Shown here: piece by piece, positions 29,677 to 39,236 of the stretch | How the letters are laid out: each line of letters begins with the position of its first letter | Position numbering within the stretch: the first letter of the stretch is position 1 | Virus record (IMG/VR): IMGVR_UViG_3300007609_000013 | Coordinates: 1-64,000 of that record | Reading direction: 5' to 3' (one strand) | DNA from: a virus | Length of the DNA stretch: 64,000 bases | The notes under the pieces: generated by a model | Database searches by the model: none | Told to the model about the DNA's origin: nothing | What the model saw: only the letters and a program-made list of their open reading frames with translations | Made by a program: the position numbers and the translations under genes

Positions 29677-29800
29677 TTTGTACCTGGTGCAAACAGTGGA
29701 CAAGTACGGACCAAACAGTTTTTTACCCTTGGCCGTGAGTTATCAATGGTTGGATGATATCATAGCAGAGTTTTGGAAAGAGTATTGTGCTAGAAACTAG
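29669..29800 (+). pseudogene. chimeric remnant: foreign N-terminus fused to a duplicated C-terminus of 28416-28760
   Basis: MFNLYLVQTVDKYGPNSFLPLAVSYQWL-DDIIAEFWKEYCARN*. Confidence 0.6.
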
Positions 29801-30626
29801 TCCATGGCCCGGCATCACCACCAAAGATCTCCACAATCACCCGGTGCCTCGGTTGCTTTTCCCACCAGGAACTAGTCAAGAAACCTATCCTAATAGCGCC
29901 ACCATACCAGTGTTTCGCAACAGTCTAGGATACAGAACTGCAGAGTTTGACAGTGTAGGAGAGCATGTGCTGTGCTTGGGAGACAGTCGCACCGAAGGCA
30001 TGGGTTTGTTGTCTAGCGAGCGCTGGAGCGATCTTGTGGGTCAGCAGTTAGAGTGTGATGTGGTCAATCTTGGTGTGCGTAGCATAAGCATGGACGCTAT
30101 ATATCTGCTTGCAGCTGCTTGGGTGCAACATCGCCAACCATTGGCTGTGGTAGTTCAGACACCTCCTATGGTAAGGCACAGTGTATGGCACGATGTAGCG
30201 GGCGTTCCGCGTGCACACTGGTGCAATCTACACAGTAATTCTCACAGAAACCAGCGTGACAAAAAATCCTTAAGTGCAGCATACATGAACTTAGCTGAAG
30301 CTAGTATATACAATTTTGAGCATGCATGGGTTATCAATTTGTTGGCTGTACAAAATCTCTGTGCTGCTAAACAAATACCTTATTTTGCCTGGAGCTTTGA
30401 CACTAAGGAAGATCAAAATACGCAAGTGTTTGACCTCTGTGAAATACTTGGCGCACAGGTGGAGCACAACCAATACAATGACAAAAACAACAGTTTGCCC
30501 ATAGGTCATCCAATGGCAAACGTTTGGCCCGAAAACCACCTAGCCGCGGATGATGCTCACAGTGATGCAGACTGCAATCAAAAGTGGGCACAGCGTGTAA
30601 TATTGCAACTGCCACAACTGCGCTAA
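29787..30626 (+). CDS. SGNH-like hydrolase #6
   Basis: NSLGYR, LGDSRTEGMG, NLG, AADDAHSD...WA. Confidence 0.7.
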   Translation: MLETSPWPGITTKDLHNHPVPRLLFPPGTSQETYPNSATIPVFRNSLGYRTAEFDSVGEHVLCLGDSRTEGMGLLSSERWSDLVGQQLECDVVNLGVRSISMDAIYLLAAAWVQHRQPLAVVVQTPPMVRHSVWHDVAGVPRAHWCNLHSNSHRNQRDKKSLSAAYMNLAEASIYNFEHAWVINLLAVQNLCAAKQIPYFAWSFDTKEDQNTQVFDLCEILGAQVEHNQYNDKNNSLPIGHPMANVWPENHLAADDAHSDADCNQKWAQRVILQLPQLR

Positions 30627-30634
30627 ATACAACT

Positions 30635-33283
30635 ATGAATATCAGCACAGATCTCTACAACAAATTAGTAGCACGTTTTCCTAGTCTAAGCATGGGCACA
30701 CAAACTGCCGAAAGCACTGCCGATCCTGAAGAAGCAAGATTGTTTACCTTTGAATACGTGGAACAAGATCATGAACTAGGCACAGTCACAGTCAGCTTGC
30801 TGGCACCTGGCACACTGGAAATCATCTACAGTCGAGGCATCACTGATGCTGTGAAAGACACAGACAACTGGTTTGATTTTTTGCACAGCATGCGAAGATT
30901 TAGTGTGCGCAACGCACTGGATTTTGAAGTACAGGACATCAGCAAGCCGGCACTTAGTCAACAAGATCTTGAAACTCGCAGTCAGCGAGCTACACCGCCA
31001 GTGGTAGGCGAAGGCCGCATGTGGGGCAGTAGAAAAACCTCATATCAAAAGTTGCCTGCTGTCAAACTGATTGTGAGACACACCTCACCAGTGGACACTG
31101 AACGCAGAGGCGCACGCAGCCGACGCATACATAAAATTTTTGCAGAAACTGCTGTAGGTGAAAGATTTTTGCTGCCAACCACCAGTGTGCCTGTGGCCAG
31201 AGTGTATGCCCAACACATTGCTGCAGGTGGCAAGCCCTGGGACAGCATAGCTGAACACATCACAAGATTGGCAGAACAACCACAGGGGCGTGCGCAGGTC
31301 AAGCGTGCCTGCACAGCACCTGGATACCAAGCTTTGATTGCTGCCATACAAGAGGAAAACAACAACATGGAATTACAACTCACAGAAGATCCAGCAGACG
31401 ACCTGCTGGTGGCCAGTGCAGACTATGCTCGACCAGCTGACATGCTGGCAGCAGTGATGGCACTGATTGCCAGAAGAAGCACCAACCCACAGGTGGTGGA
31501 GTTTGCACAAAACTATACCCAAGACACAGCTGGTGCGATTGATCTGGCTAGACAGTGGATTGCCAGTGTGCAGGAAGGTCAGTCAGTGGAAACCACACAG
31601 CCACCGGCACAAGATCCCTCTGGGGAGTTTGACCAGTGGACACACTGGGTCACAGAGAGTGCGGAAGCCGCAGGGGCACTGCAAAATCTTGCACTGGACA
31701 TGACAGGCGAAGATCAAGAAGACGTGGTGCGAATTGCACTGATGATCAAAGATGGTGCAGAGATTGAAGACATTCGCAGAGAAATATTGGATCTTGACAC
31801 TGCACCGCGTGAAGAGATTCTTCGCACCATTGATGACTTTGACAGTGACTTTTTAGCAATGTTGTTTCCTGTGGATCATGAAGAAAGCTACTACGCTGTG
31901 ATGCGTGAGAATCCTGCGGCACCGCGGGATCCAAGCAAAAGTGGTGGCAGTGGATATGATTTGTACCACAAAGATTTCTCAAGTGCGATGCAACACGCAT
32001 ACGACTATGCCAAGAACAAGTTGGGTGTTGACATTGACCCACAAGAGATTGATCACAAGGTTGCAAGTGGTCCTCGCAAACCATCCGCAGGCAAGACCAA
32101 CATCTATCGTTTGATGGACAAAGATGGTAAGAAAGCAGTCCAGATTCAAGTTGCTAATCTCGACGATAAGAAGTTTGAACTCAACATGTATAAAGAGTCT
32201 GTAGAAATGAATGAAGCAAAATCTAAGGAACAGCAGATTGCCGATTTAGAAAAGATGTTAGGTCGTATCAGTGGCAACACTGCTTCAGTGAGAATGAAGA
32301 AGTTTGCTCTTCAGAAAAAGATTGATAAGTTGAAGAACGAAGAAGTTGAACTGGACGATGACGAATTTCACAAGGGCATGCATGTCAAACTAGGCGGTGA
32401 TCCAGACAAGTTTGTTCCGCATAGAAATCGTCCAACCACAGGCGATCACGTAGAACTGAAAGTGCCCAAAAGATATCGTAAAGCACAGGATGTGATCATA
32501 AAGATGTTTGCAAAACTCACTGGTATTGATCCTAGTAAACTGGACGTAGATTACACAACAGGAAGTCGTACAGTAATGATCGACGGTGAAACACCTCATC
32601 CAAGCATACTAAGTGCTCTCAACGGTACACTGGACAAGCTGGACACAGGCGAAATAACAGGATTGTACGAAGCATTCACCACTGCTATTGCACTTGAACC
32701 TAGCTTGGGCGACGAATACAAAACAGCAGTTGACATCATCAGCAAGTATCGTCCGCAGGGTGTGACCGCAGAGCCTGAAAAAATGGATGATCACTATGAA
32801 ATTGTGGTTGATGGTCCTGCCAAAGCAATGCGTGAATTGGAACGTGAAATCCGAGCGGCTGGTGTGAGAATGCGAGCCACAGAAGATGCAGAAGCTGTGA
32901 TCAGCGATGTGGACGAGGACGACGAAATTGTGCTGGGTAACGTGGAAGTAGACGGTACACCAGTTGAAAAATTTGTGTTGTATCCTATGGGCGGTGGTGT
33001 AGATGCATTTGGCAAAACCTTCAACAGCATGGAAGACATGTTGAAGTATGCTGAACAACAGCACGGCGGAGTCGCTGAAGCTGTGGAAGACCTTGAAGAA
33101 GACAATGCATTCAACACAGCGGCAGCCGAAGCGGCACTGGCTGACAAAAAAGAGTTTGAATTCAACGGCAAAACATATCCTGTAAAAATGAGCAAGGAAG
33201 CTGCCCGCAAGTTGGTGGGTGAGAACTTGGATCATGATTCGGCACTTGATCACATAAAGCAATTAGCAGGCTTGTTGCGATGA
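30635..33283 (+). CDS. large modular acidic putative virion protein
   Basis: GSRKTSYQ...RSRRI..IF.E...GERF motif; C-terminal IKQLAGL; TAAATA-N5-ATG start. Confidence 0.7.
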   Translation: MNISTDLYNKLVARFPSLSMGTQTAESTADPEEARLFTFEYVEQDHELGTVTVSLLAPGTLEIIYSRGITDAVKDTDNWFDFLHSMRRFSVRNALDFEVQDISKPALSQQDLETRSQRATPPVVGEGRMWGSRKTSYQKLPAVKLIVRHTSPVDTERRGARSRRIHKIFAETAVGERFLLPTTSVPVARVYAQHIAAGGKPWDSIAEHITRLAEQPQGRAQVKRACTAPGYQALIAAIQEENNNMELQLTEDPADDLLVASADYARPADMLAAVMALIARRSTNPQVVEFAQNYTQDTAGAIDLARQWIASVQEGQSVETTQPPAQDPSGEFDQWTHWVTESAEAAGALQNLALDMTGEDQEDVVRIALMIKDGAEIEDIRREILDLDTAPREEILRTIDDFDSDFLAMLFPVDHEESYYAVMRENPAAPRDPSKSGGSGYDLYHKDFSSAMQHAYDYAKNKLGVDIDPQEIDHKVASGPRKPSAGKTNIYRLMDKDGKKAVQIQVANLDDKKFELNMYKESVEMNEAKSKEQQIADLEKMLGRISGNTASVRMKKFALQKKIDKLKNEEVELDDDEFHKGMHVKLGGDPDKFVPHRNRPTTGDHVELKVPKRYRKAQDVIIKMFAKLTGIDPSKLDVDYTTGSRTVMIDGETPHPSILSALNGTLDKLDTGEITGLYEAFTTAIALEPSLGDEYKTAVDIISKYRPQGVTAEPEKMDDHYEIVVDGPAKAMRELEREIRAAGVRMRATEDAEAVISDVDEDDEIVLGNVEVDGTPVEKFVLYPMGGGVDAFGKTFNSMEDMLKYAEQQHGGVAEAVEDLEEDNAFNTAAAEAALADKKEFEFNGKTYPVKMSKEAARKLVGENLDHDSALDHIKQLAGLLR

Positions 33284-33525
33284 CTACGATTGTGCTGGTG
33301 TTCCAGTTGCTGTACATGGATTGGACACCAGCATCCGAAGTCACTATCAGCCAACGAGCTTTTAACAGCAAAGAAGAATGTGCTGAATTCATCAATGGCC
33401 TTGTGGCAGATGGCACAGACACAGTATGGGTCGATGACAACTATGCCTTCGACTTTGTTACACCAGACAACATAAGATTTGTAGGCGGATGTTACACTCC
33501 GCAAGAATACATGCGTCTACCTTAG
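33280..33525 (+). CDS. hypothetical protein
   Basis: Coupled ORF with F.SKEEC motif. Confidence 0.5.
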   Translation: MTTIVLVFQLLYMDWTPASEVTISQRAFNSKEECAEFINGLVADGTDTVWVDDNYAFDFVTPDNIRFVGGCYTPQEYMRLP

Positions 33526-33606
33526 AATTTGCCTTGGGACCGTTATAGCGAGGCAATGGGTGTGGTTAGCCCAGCAACAGCGATTCGCTACCGCTGTTGC
33601 TGAATT
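33526..33606 (+). ncRNA. candidate structured RNA (three hairpins)
   Basis: Pairings ttgccttg/cgaggcaa, tgggt/gccca and cagcaacagcg/cgctgttgctg; strand not established. Confidence 0.4.
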
Positions 33607-33620
33607 AACTAAAATAAAGG

Positions 33621-33649
33621 TTGACAAAAACCTATTTGATAAATATAAT
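33621..33649 (+). promoter_or_regulatory. consensus sigma70 promoter of the SSB gene, overlapping a TAAATA late motif
   Basis: TTGACA-N17-TATAAT exact match; ATAAATA at 33639-33645. Confidence 0.85.
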
Positions 33650-33735
33650 AGTGTACGATGCAAAGTAAAAGCGTCGTATGCACTAGGCATACACAGGCAA
33701 AGAGCAAAAAATAGGCAATATTAGGAGGCACTATC

Positions 33736-34743
33736 ATGGCATCATTAGCAGAAATACGAGCTCGTCTTCAGGCAAAAGAAGACAACGGGCGATCACAATC
33801 CACAGGCGGCGACAACGCCATTTACCCACACTGGAACATTCAAGAAGGCGAAAGCTGTACACTTCGTTTCTTACCAGACGGGGATCCAAACAACACTTTC
33901 TTTTGGGCAGAACGCCTAATGATCAAACTGCCATTCTCTGGCATCAAAGGCGAAATGGACAGTAAACCAGTTATTGTAAACGTACCCTGCGTTGAAATGT
34001 GGCAGGAAGCATGTCCAGTTTTGGCAGAAGTTCGCACTTGGTTCAAGGACAGTTCACTGGAAGACATGGGTCGCAAGTATTGGAAAAAACGCAGTTATGT
34101 ATTCCAAGGATTTGTACGTGAAAATCCATTGCAAGAAGATACACCTGCCAACCCAATTCGCAGATTCATCATTGGGCCACAACTGTTTGCACCAATCAAA
34201 GATGCACTGATGGACCCAGAGTTGGAAGAACTGCCCACCGATTATACCGCAGGACTTGACTTTGTGATCAAGAAAACTTCAAAAGGTGGTTATGCGGATT
34301 ACAGTACTTCAAAGTGGGCACGCAAGGAAACTGCATTAACCGAAGCTGAACAGGCTGCCATTGAGCAACACGGTCTTTACACACTAAACGACTTCTTGCC
34401 CAAAAAGCCCAGTGAAACAGAACTGCAAATCATCAAACAAATGTTTGAAGATTCAGTAGATGGTCAGCCATATGATCCAGACAAGTATGGTCAGTACTAT
34501 CGCCCAGCAGGCATGGCTGCTCCTGCAGGTGCTGTTGCCCCTACTCCGGCACCAACAAACCAGCCACAGTCAGCACCAATTCCGGAAGTCAAAGAAACAG
34601 CCGCTGTTGATTCGACACCACCGTTTGATGTTGATGAAAAACCAGCCGAAGCGTCGGCATCAGTTGAAACAGAAGCTAAACCGTCTGGCGATCGTGCACA
34701 AGATATCTTGGCAATGATTCGCAGTAGACAATCATCTTCCTAA
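33736..34743 (+). CDS. single-stranded DNA-binding protein (gp32-like)
   Basis: LRFLPD, CP, YWKK.SY, G.DF.I.KTSKGGYADYSTS.W; low-complexity tail. Confidence 0.85.
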   Translation: MASLAEIRARLQAKEDNGRSQSTGGDNAIYPHWNIQEGESCTLRFLPDGDPNNTFFWAERLMIKLPFSGIKGEMDSKPVIVNVPCVEMWQEACPVLAEVRTWFKDSSLEDMGRKYWKKRSYVFQGFVRENPLQEDTPANPIRRFIIGPQLFAPIKDALMDPELEELPTDYTAGLDFVIKKTSKGGYADYSTSKWARKETALTEAEQAAIEQHGLYTLNDFLPKKPSETELQIIKQMFEDSVDGQPYDPDKYGQYYRPAGMAAPAGAVAPTPAPTNQPQSAPIPEVKETAAVDSTPPFDVDEKPAEASASVETEAKPSGDRAQDILAMIRSRQSSS

Positions 34744-34815
34744 GATAAAACAAGGTCCTAACGGATATGAGCGAAGAGTCTATGCACCGCCTTGCTCATT
34801 TATTTGGAGCATTTA

Positions 34816-35892
34816 ATGGCAAAACCTTTTGACGTAAGTAAATTTAGAAAAGACATCACAAAAAGCATTGATGGTCTTAGTATCGGGTTCAATGACCCAA
34901 CTGATTGGATCTCAACAGGAAACTATGCATTAAACTATCTTGTATCAGGTGATTTCCATCGTGGTATTCCACTAGGCAAGGTTACTGTATTTGCAGGCGA
35001 GTCTGGATCAGGTAAAAGTTTTATGTGCAGTGGAAGTATTGTACGTCATGCACAGCAACAAGGCATCTATGTAGTGCTGATTGACAGCGAAAACGCACTA
35101 GACGAAAGTTGGTTACACGCATTAGGTGTCGACACCAGCGAAGAAAAACTGCTCAAACTCAGCATGGCAATGATTGACGATGTTGCCAAAACCATTTCTA
35201 CATTCATGAAAGACTACAAGACCATCGAAGAAGAAGAACGGCCTAAAGTGTTGTTTGTTGTCGATAGTCTTGGCATGTTAATGAGTCCAACAGAACTTAA
35301 CCAGTTTGAAGCAGGTGATATGAAAGGTGACATGGGCCGCAAAGCCAAAGCACTCAAAGCACTTGTTACCAACTGTGTTAACATGTTTGGAGCACACAAT
35401 GTTGGCATGGTGTGTACCAACCACACATATGCTAGCCAAGACATGTTTGATCCAGATGACAAAATTGCAGGTGGGCAAGGCTTTATCTATGCAAGCAGTA
35501 TTGTGGTTGCAATGAAGAAGTTAAAGCTAAAGGAAGATGCCGACGGCAACAAAGTAAGTCAAGTATTGGGCATACGATCCGGTTGCAAAGTGATGAAAAG
35601 TCGTTATGCTAAACCTTTTGAAAGTGTGCAGTTAAAAATCCCATACGAAACAGGACTTGATCCATATAGTGGTCTTTTGGAGTTGTTTGAAAAAGCAGGG
35701 CTAATTACAAAAGACGGCAACAAGCTCAAATACGTCAGCAAGTCAGGCAACGAAATCAAAGAATTTCGCAAGAATTGGACAGGCGAGTGTCTTGATGTAG
35801 TCATTGGTGATTTGCAAAGCAGCGGAAGTGTTGAACTAGAAGCCAAAGTTGACGTTGACGTCGACGTAGAAGAACAAGAGGCAGCTGAATAA
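34816..35892 (+). CDS. uvsX: RecA-like recombinase UvsX
   Basis: AGESGSGKS, DSENAL, VVDSLG, NHTY, GG.G..YASS. Confidence 0.93.
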   Translation: MAKPFDVSKFRKDITKSIDGLSIGFNDPTDWISTGNYALNYLVSGDFHRGIPLGKVTVFAGESGSGKSFMCSGSIVRHAQQQGIYVVLIDSENALDESWLHALGVDTSEEKLLKLSMAMIDDVAKTISTFMKDYKTIEEEERPKVLFVVDSLGMLMSPTELNQFEAGDMKGDMGRKAKALKALVTNCVNMFGAHNVGMVCTNHTYASQDMFDPDDKIAGGQGFIYASSIVVAMKKLKLKEDADGNKVSQVLGIRSGCKVMKSRYAKPFESVQLKIPYETGLDPYSGLLELFEKAGLITKDGNKLKYVSKSGNEIKEFRKNWTGECLDVVIGDLQSSGSVELEAKVDVDVDVEEQEAAE

Positions 35893-36105
35893 ATGGAAAA
35901 AGAATTACTAGAAGCAATGTACAATGCGTTTGTAAAGTATGTGTCGGGTAAGGAAAAACAAGGATGCGTTGATCATGTGGTTGCAGACATCATTGATGCT
36001 GGCGCCGACGAAGAAACGTTGGTTTACTTGAGCAACGTGGACAGATATCTCAAGCAGTCAATATCCGAGCAAGCAGACATTGACACTTACCACGAGGATG
36101 AGTAA
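35893..36105 (+). CDS. hypothetical protein
   Basis: 70-aa ORF between uvsX and uvsY. Confidence 0.6.
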   Translation: MEKELLEAMYNAFVKYVSGKEKQGCVDHVVADIIDAGADEETLVYLSNVDRYLKQSISEQADIDTYHEDE

Positions 36106-36110
36106 ACACT

Positions 36111-36569
36111 GTGACATGGTATTCCAAGGTAACAGATGACCTAGGTGCGATTCCAAATTTTATTTTTTTCTATGAGCAAGAAATAGAACAAGCCAAGCGA
36201 GAATGTGCTGTAAAAGGCAACCTGGAAAAAAATATCTCGTCCTTGCCAGGAATCACAGAACACAGGTTTAATCAACTTCAAGAAATCGAAGCAGTGCTAA
36301 ACTTTCTCAACATACAGCTGAGAAAGATTCGACGCAAACACTTTCAAAAATATCTAGAAAACTATCAGCGTGCACTCAGCAGTAGAGATGCTGAAAAATA
36401 CGTAGACGGTGAAGACGAAGTGGTTGACTTTGAAACCATCATTAACGAAGTGGCACTGTTGAGAAACAAATGGTTGGGCATAATGAAAGGTCTTGAAGCA
36501 AAGCAGTGGCAAATGGGTCACATAACACGACTGAGAACAGCAGGAATGGAAGATGTCACTATTGGCTGA
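36111..36569 (+). CDS. uvsY: recombination mediator, UvsY-like
   Basis: Helical protein with EKYVDG and K.L..K.WQ......R.AG motifs; next to uvsX. Confidence 0.7.
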   Translation: MTWYSKVTDDLGAIPNFIFFYEQEIEQAKRECAVKGNLEKNISSLPGITEHRFNQLQEIEAVLNFLNIQLRKIRRKHFQKYLENYQRALSSRDAEKYVDGEDEVVDFETIINEVALLRNKWLGIMKGLEAKQWQMGHITRLRTAGMEDVTIG

Positions 36570-36822
36570 AATTGATCTTGAACAGCACTATAGAGAAATG
36601 ACAGGGTGTGTTAGATCGATCAACAGTGTATGGAAGCACATGAACGAAGGCGAGCAGGCTCATTGCAAAGAGTTGGCCAATGATTTGTATGATACTTGGG
36701 ATAAACTACAACACTGTTACTATACTCACGACGAAGATCAACTAGAATATGTGTATGCACTGTATTCCAGCATACTCAATGATTATCAAACATACGCAAC
36801 CTGGGCAACACTGAGAAAATAG
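36553..36822 (+). CDS. hypothetical protein
   Basis: 89-aa overlapping ORF. Confidence 0.5.
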   Translation: MSLLAEIDLEQHYREMTGCVRSINSVWKHMNEGEQAHCKELANDLYDTWDKLQHCYYTHDEDQLEYVYALYSSILNDYQTYATWATLRK

Positions 36823-36823
36823 C

Positions 36824-37582
36824 ATGCTACCATCTTTTGAATCACACAACCAAAGTCATCAACACAGTCTAGCAACACTGGAAGTATTAGATGAATTCAC
36901 TAGTTTTATGGAGAGCATTGACACTGTGGTAGACATGGGCTGTGGCCATGGCAATGATGTTTTTTGGTGGGCCACCAGACGAGATCCAGAACCTCCACAT
37001 GTGCCGAGAAACTACAATGTTATCGGTGTTGATAAACAGATCAGTAGACAAAATCCTAATCTTGCCAACTGCTCAAATGTTGAAATCAAAGTAGCAGATT
37101 TTGAAACTGTGGATTTGCCAGCTGGCACTGTGGATGTGTTGTGGTGTCACAACAGTTTTCATTTTGCAAAAAATCCTCTAGCAACCCTGCAACACTGGAA
37201 CAGTCTTGTCAGCGATGGTGGATTTATCTATCTGTGTTTGCCATACACTGCGAACAGGCATTACAATCAATTTAGTGGCAAATCTCAGTCTCACAGTTTT
37301 TTCCACTACATGCCCAGCAACACTGTGTACATGCTAGCTTGTGCTGGTTTTGATCTCAGTGACAGCAGATTTGTAAAATTTGACGGTGATGTGTTTTTTC
37401 ACATCGCAGGATACAAAGATACCAGCGAAGTGGACTACAACTTGACCTGGTATGAACTTGCTGAAACCGGCAGACTGCCCAGTAGTTTGTGTAGTACTAT
37501 TCAACGCAAAGGTTATGTTGATGACTATGAGTTGGTAGGTGAGTGGTTCAATGGCAGTCGTTGTAGTTTCGACAAGCAGTAA
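36824..37582 (+). CDS. class I SAM-dependent methyltransferase
   Basis: VVDMGCGHG, D.LWCHNSF.F..NP. Confidence 0.85.
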   Translation: MLPSFESHNQSHQHSLATLEVLDEFTSFMESIDTVVDMGCGHGNDVFWWATRRDPEPPHVPRNYNVIGVDKQISRQNPNLANCSNVEIKVADFETVDLPAGTVDVLWCHNSFHFAKNPLATLQHWNSLVSDGGFIYLCLPYTANRHYNQFSGKSQSHSFFHYMPSNTVYMLACAGFDLSDSRFVKFDGDVFFHIAGYKDTSEVDYNLTWYELAETGRLPSSLCSTIQRKGYVDDYELVGEWFNGSRCSFDKQ

Positions 37583-38394
37583 TTTTCAATTCTTCTAAAA
37601 GGCACTCCTTTGGCTATTTCTTCCACAGTCCATTCTGTGTGAGCAATCTTCAACAGCCACTCCTGTCTGTTGGTGCAGTCTACTCCGTGATATAGAGAGT
37701 TTGAGCTAGACTCTACTGGGATACCTTTTAATAATGCTTGCAATCCTGTGTTACTGGTGTGGGTAATCAGCCTACGGCAGTCTGTGAGAAGTTCGTAAAA
37801 ATCAAAATCATCATATGTGCCTGGAATTTTTCGTGGGTAGCTGATTTCAACATTTTTGTCTTGTAAATCTGGTATAGGACATCGAGGATGAATTCTCACT
37901 ATGATTTTGTTGTTGTATTGTAGTCCAACTTGTTGTACAATTTTTTGTATCCACTCGCTCTGAGGTGGCATGTTCTTCCACAATTCACTACGATCATGTT
38001 GTCCGCATACGAGAATATGTCCGTGTGTGTTATCCTGCCAGTCTTCGAGTTTTACATTTAACTTGCTTGGACGGCCAATATCCAAAGGAAGATCCGTGCC
38101 GTAGTATCCTGTATTATCAATGTGATCCACTGCCACACGCCATGTGTGATTTCTTGCAAGAGCACCCACTTCTAGTATTATCACAGGTTTGCCTTGATTG
38201 ATATAATGTTGATATATTTCCTGAAACGGTGTCATTCTGCCGTGCCACAACACACTCCAAATCACTGCACAATCTGCGTGCAGGCTGTATTCCACAATCT
38301 CATGATGAGTATTTTGATGTATATAATCAACAAATGCATGGTAGACTGGTTTGCCAGCTATGCTAACACAATCAGGAAAAATACTAAATTTCAT
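37525..38394 (-). CDS. capsule-biosynthesis (KpsS-like) GT-B glycosyltransferase
   Basis: ILVCGQ..RS, RIHP, T.TSN.G..ALL.GIP, EWT.EEI..G; start taken at MKFSI. Confidence 0.6.
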   Translation of the reverse strand: MKFSIFPDCVSIAGKPVYHAFVDYIHQNTHHEIVEYSLHADCAVIWSVLWHGRMTPFQEIYQHYINQGKPVIILEVGALARNHTWRVAVDHIDNTGYYGTDLPLDIGRPSKLNVKLEDWQDNTHGHILVCGQHDRSELWKNMPPQSEWIQKIVQQVGLQYNNKIIVRIHPRCPIPDLQDKNVEISYPRKIPGTYDDFDFYELLTDCRRLITHTSNTGLQALLKGIPVESSSNSLYHGVDCTNRQEWLLKIAHTEWTVEEIAKGVPFRRIENYCLSKLQRLPLNHSPTNS

Positions 38395-38444
38395 ATGGTA
38401 TTTACAGCTAAATATACTATTATTAAAAAATTCAAAGGTGCAAA

Positions 38445-39236
38445 ATGTCAAATATAATAGCCGCAACCTGCTTTGGCCCTGATGGTTATCAGCAATATGG
38501 TCGTAGAATGCTGGAAAGCTTTCGGCAACACTGGCCAAAAAATGTTACACTGTACGCATATTTAGATGAGCCGATCACAGAAGATCAAAGTGTGTCTGCA
38601 GACAACATTGTGTATAAAATTCTGAATAATAGAGGGCTAGTGCATTTCAAAAACAAACATCTGCACAATCCTAGAGCAAGAGGACTTGCACCAGAACAAA
38701 TGAAAAACGGCAAGCAAAATTATGCGTGGGACGCTGTTCGCTTCGCTCACAAAGTGTTTGCATATGCCGAGGCAGCCACAACTACTGGGTGCGACATTGC
38801 TGTTTGGCTAGATGGGGATACTTTTACACACAGTTTGGTCACAGAACAAACCATTGAAAGTTGGTGCCCAAGTAATAAGTTTGCAGGATTCCTAGACAGA
38901 CCGTGGTTGTATACCGAAACCGGATTTCATATTTTTCGCATGAATCATCCAATTTCCAAACAGTTTGTGCAAAAATGGATTGATATGTACACACAAGAAA
39001 AAGTTTTTGATCTCAGTGGATACACAGACTGTCACACCTACGATCATGTGAGAAAACAATACGATCAGCGTTATTGGTACAATCTCAGTCCAGGGTTCGA
39101 ACATCCACACCCCTTTATAAATGGAGTGTTGGGCGAAGTAATGGATCACATGAAAGGGCCGAGAAAAAGCAAAGGATCTAGTCATAAAAAAGATCTAGTA
39201 GTAGAAAGAGATGGGTATTGGAACAATGTTACTTGA
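38445..39236 (+). CDS. GT-A glycosyltransferase
   Basis: DAVRFAHKVFA, WLDGD (DxD), ETGF, DHMKG.RK. Confidence 0.7.
   Translation: MSNIIAATCFGPDGYQQYGRRMLESFRQHWPKNVTLYAYLDEPITEDQSVSADNIVYKILNNRGLVHFKNKHLHNPRARGLAPEQMKNGKQNYAWDAVRFAHKVFAYAEAATTTGCDIAVWLDGDTFTHSLVTEQTIESWCPSNKFAGFLDRPWLYTETGFHIFRMNHPISKQFVQKWIDMYTQEKVFDLSGYTDCHTYDHVRKQYDQRYWYNLSPGFEHPHPFINGVLGEVMDHMKGPRKSKGSSHKKDLVVERDGYWNNVT

Larger units (their letters stand above)
28712..29807 (+). repeat. 56-bp direct repeat (28712-28767 and 29752-29807) flanking a radical SAM cassette
   Basis: 52/56 identical, 1040 bp apart. Confidence 0.9.

Noticed and set aside
28712-29807. Diversity-generating retroelement TR/VR pair or IS element
   Set aside because: No reverse transcriptase or transposase, no terminal inverted repeats, and the mismatches are not confined to adenines.
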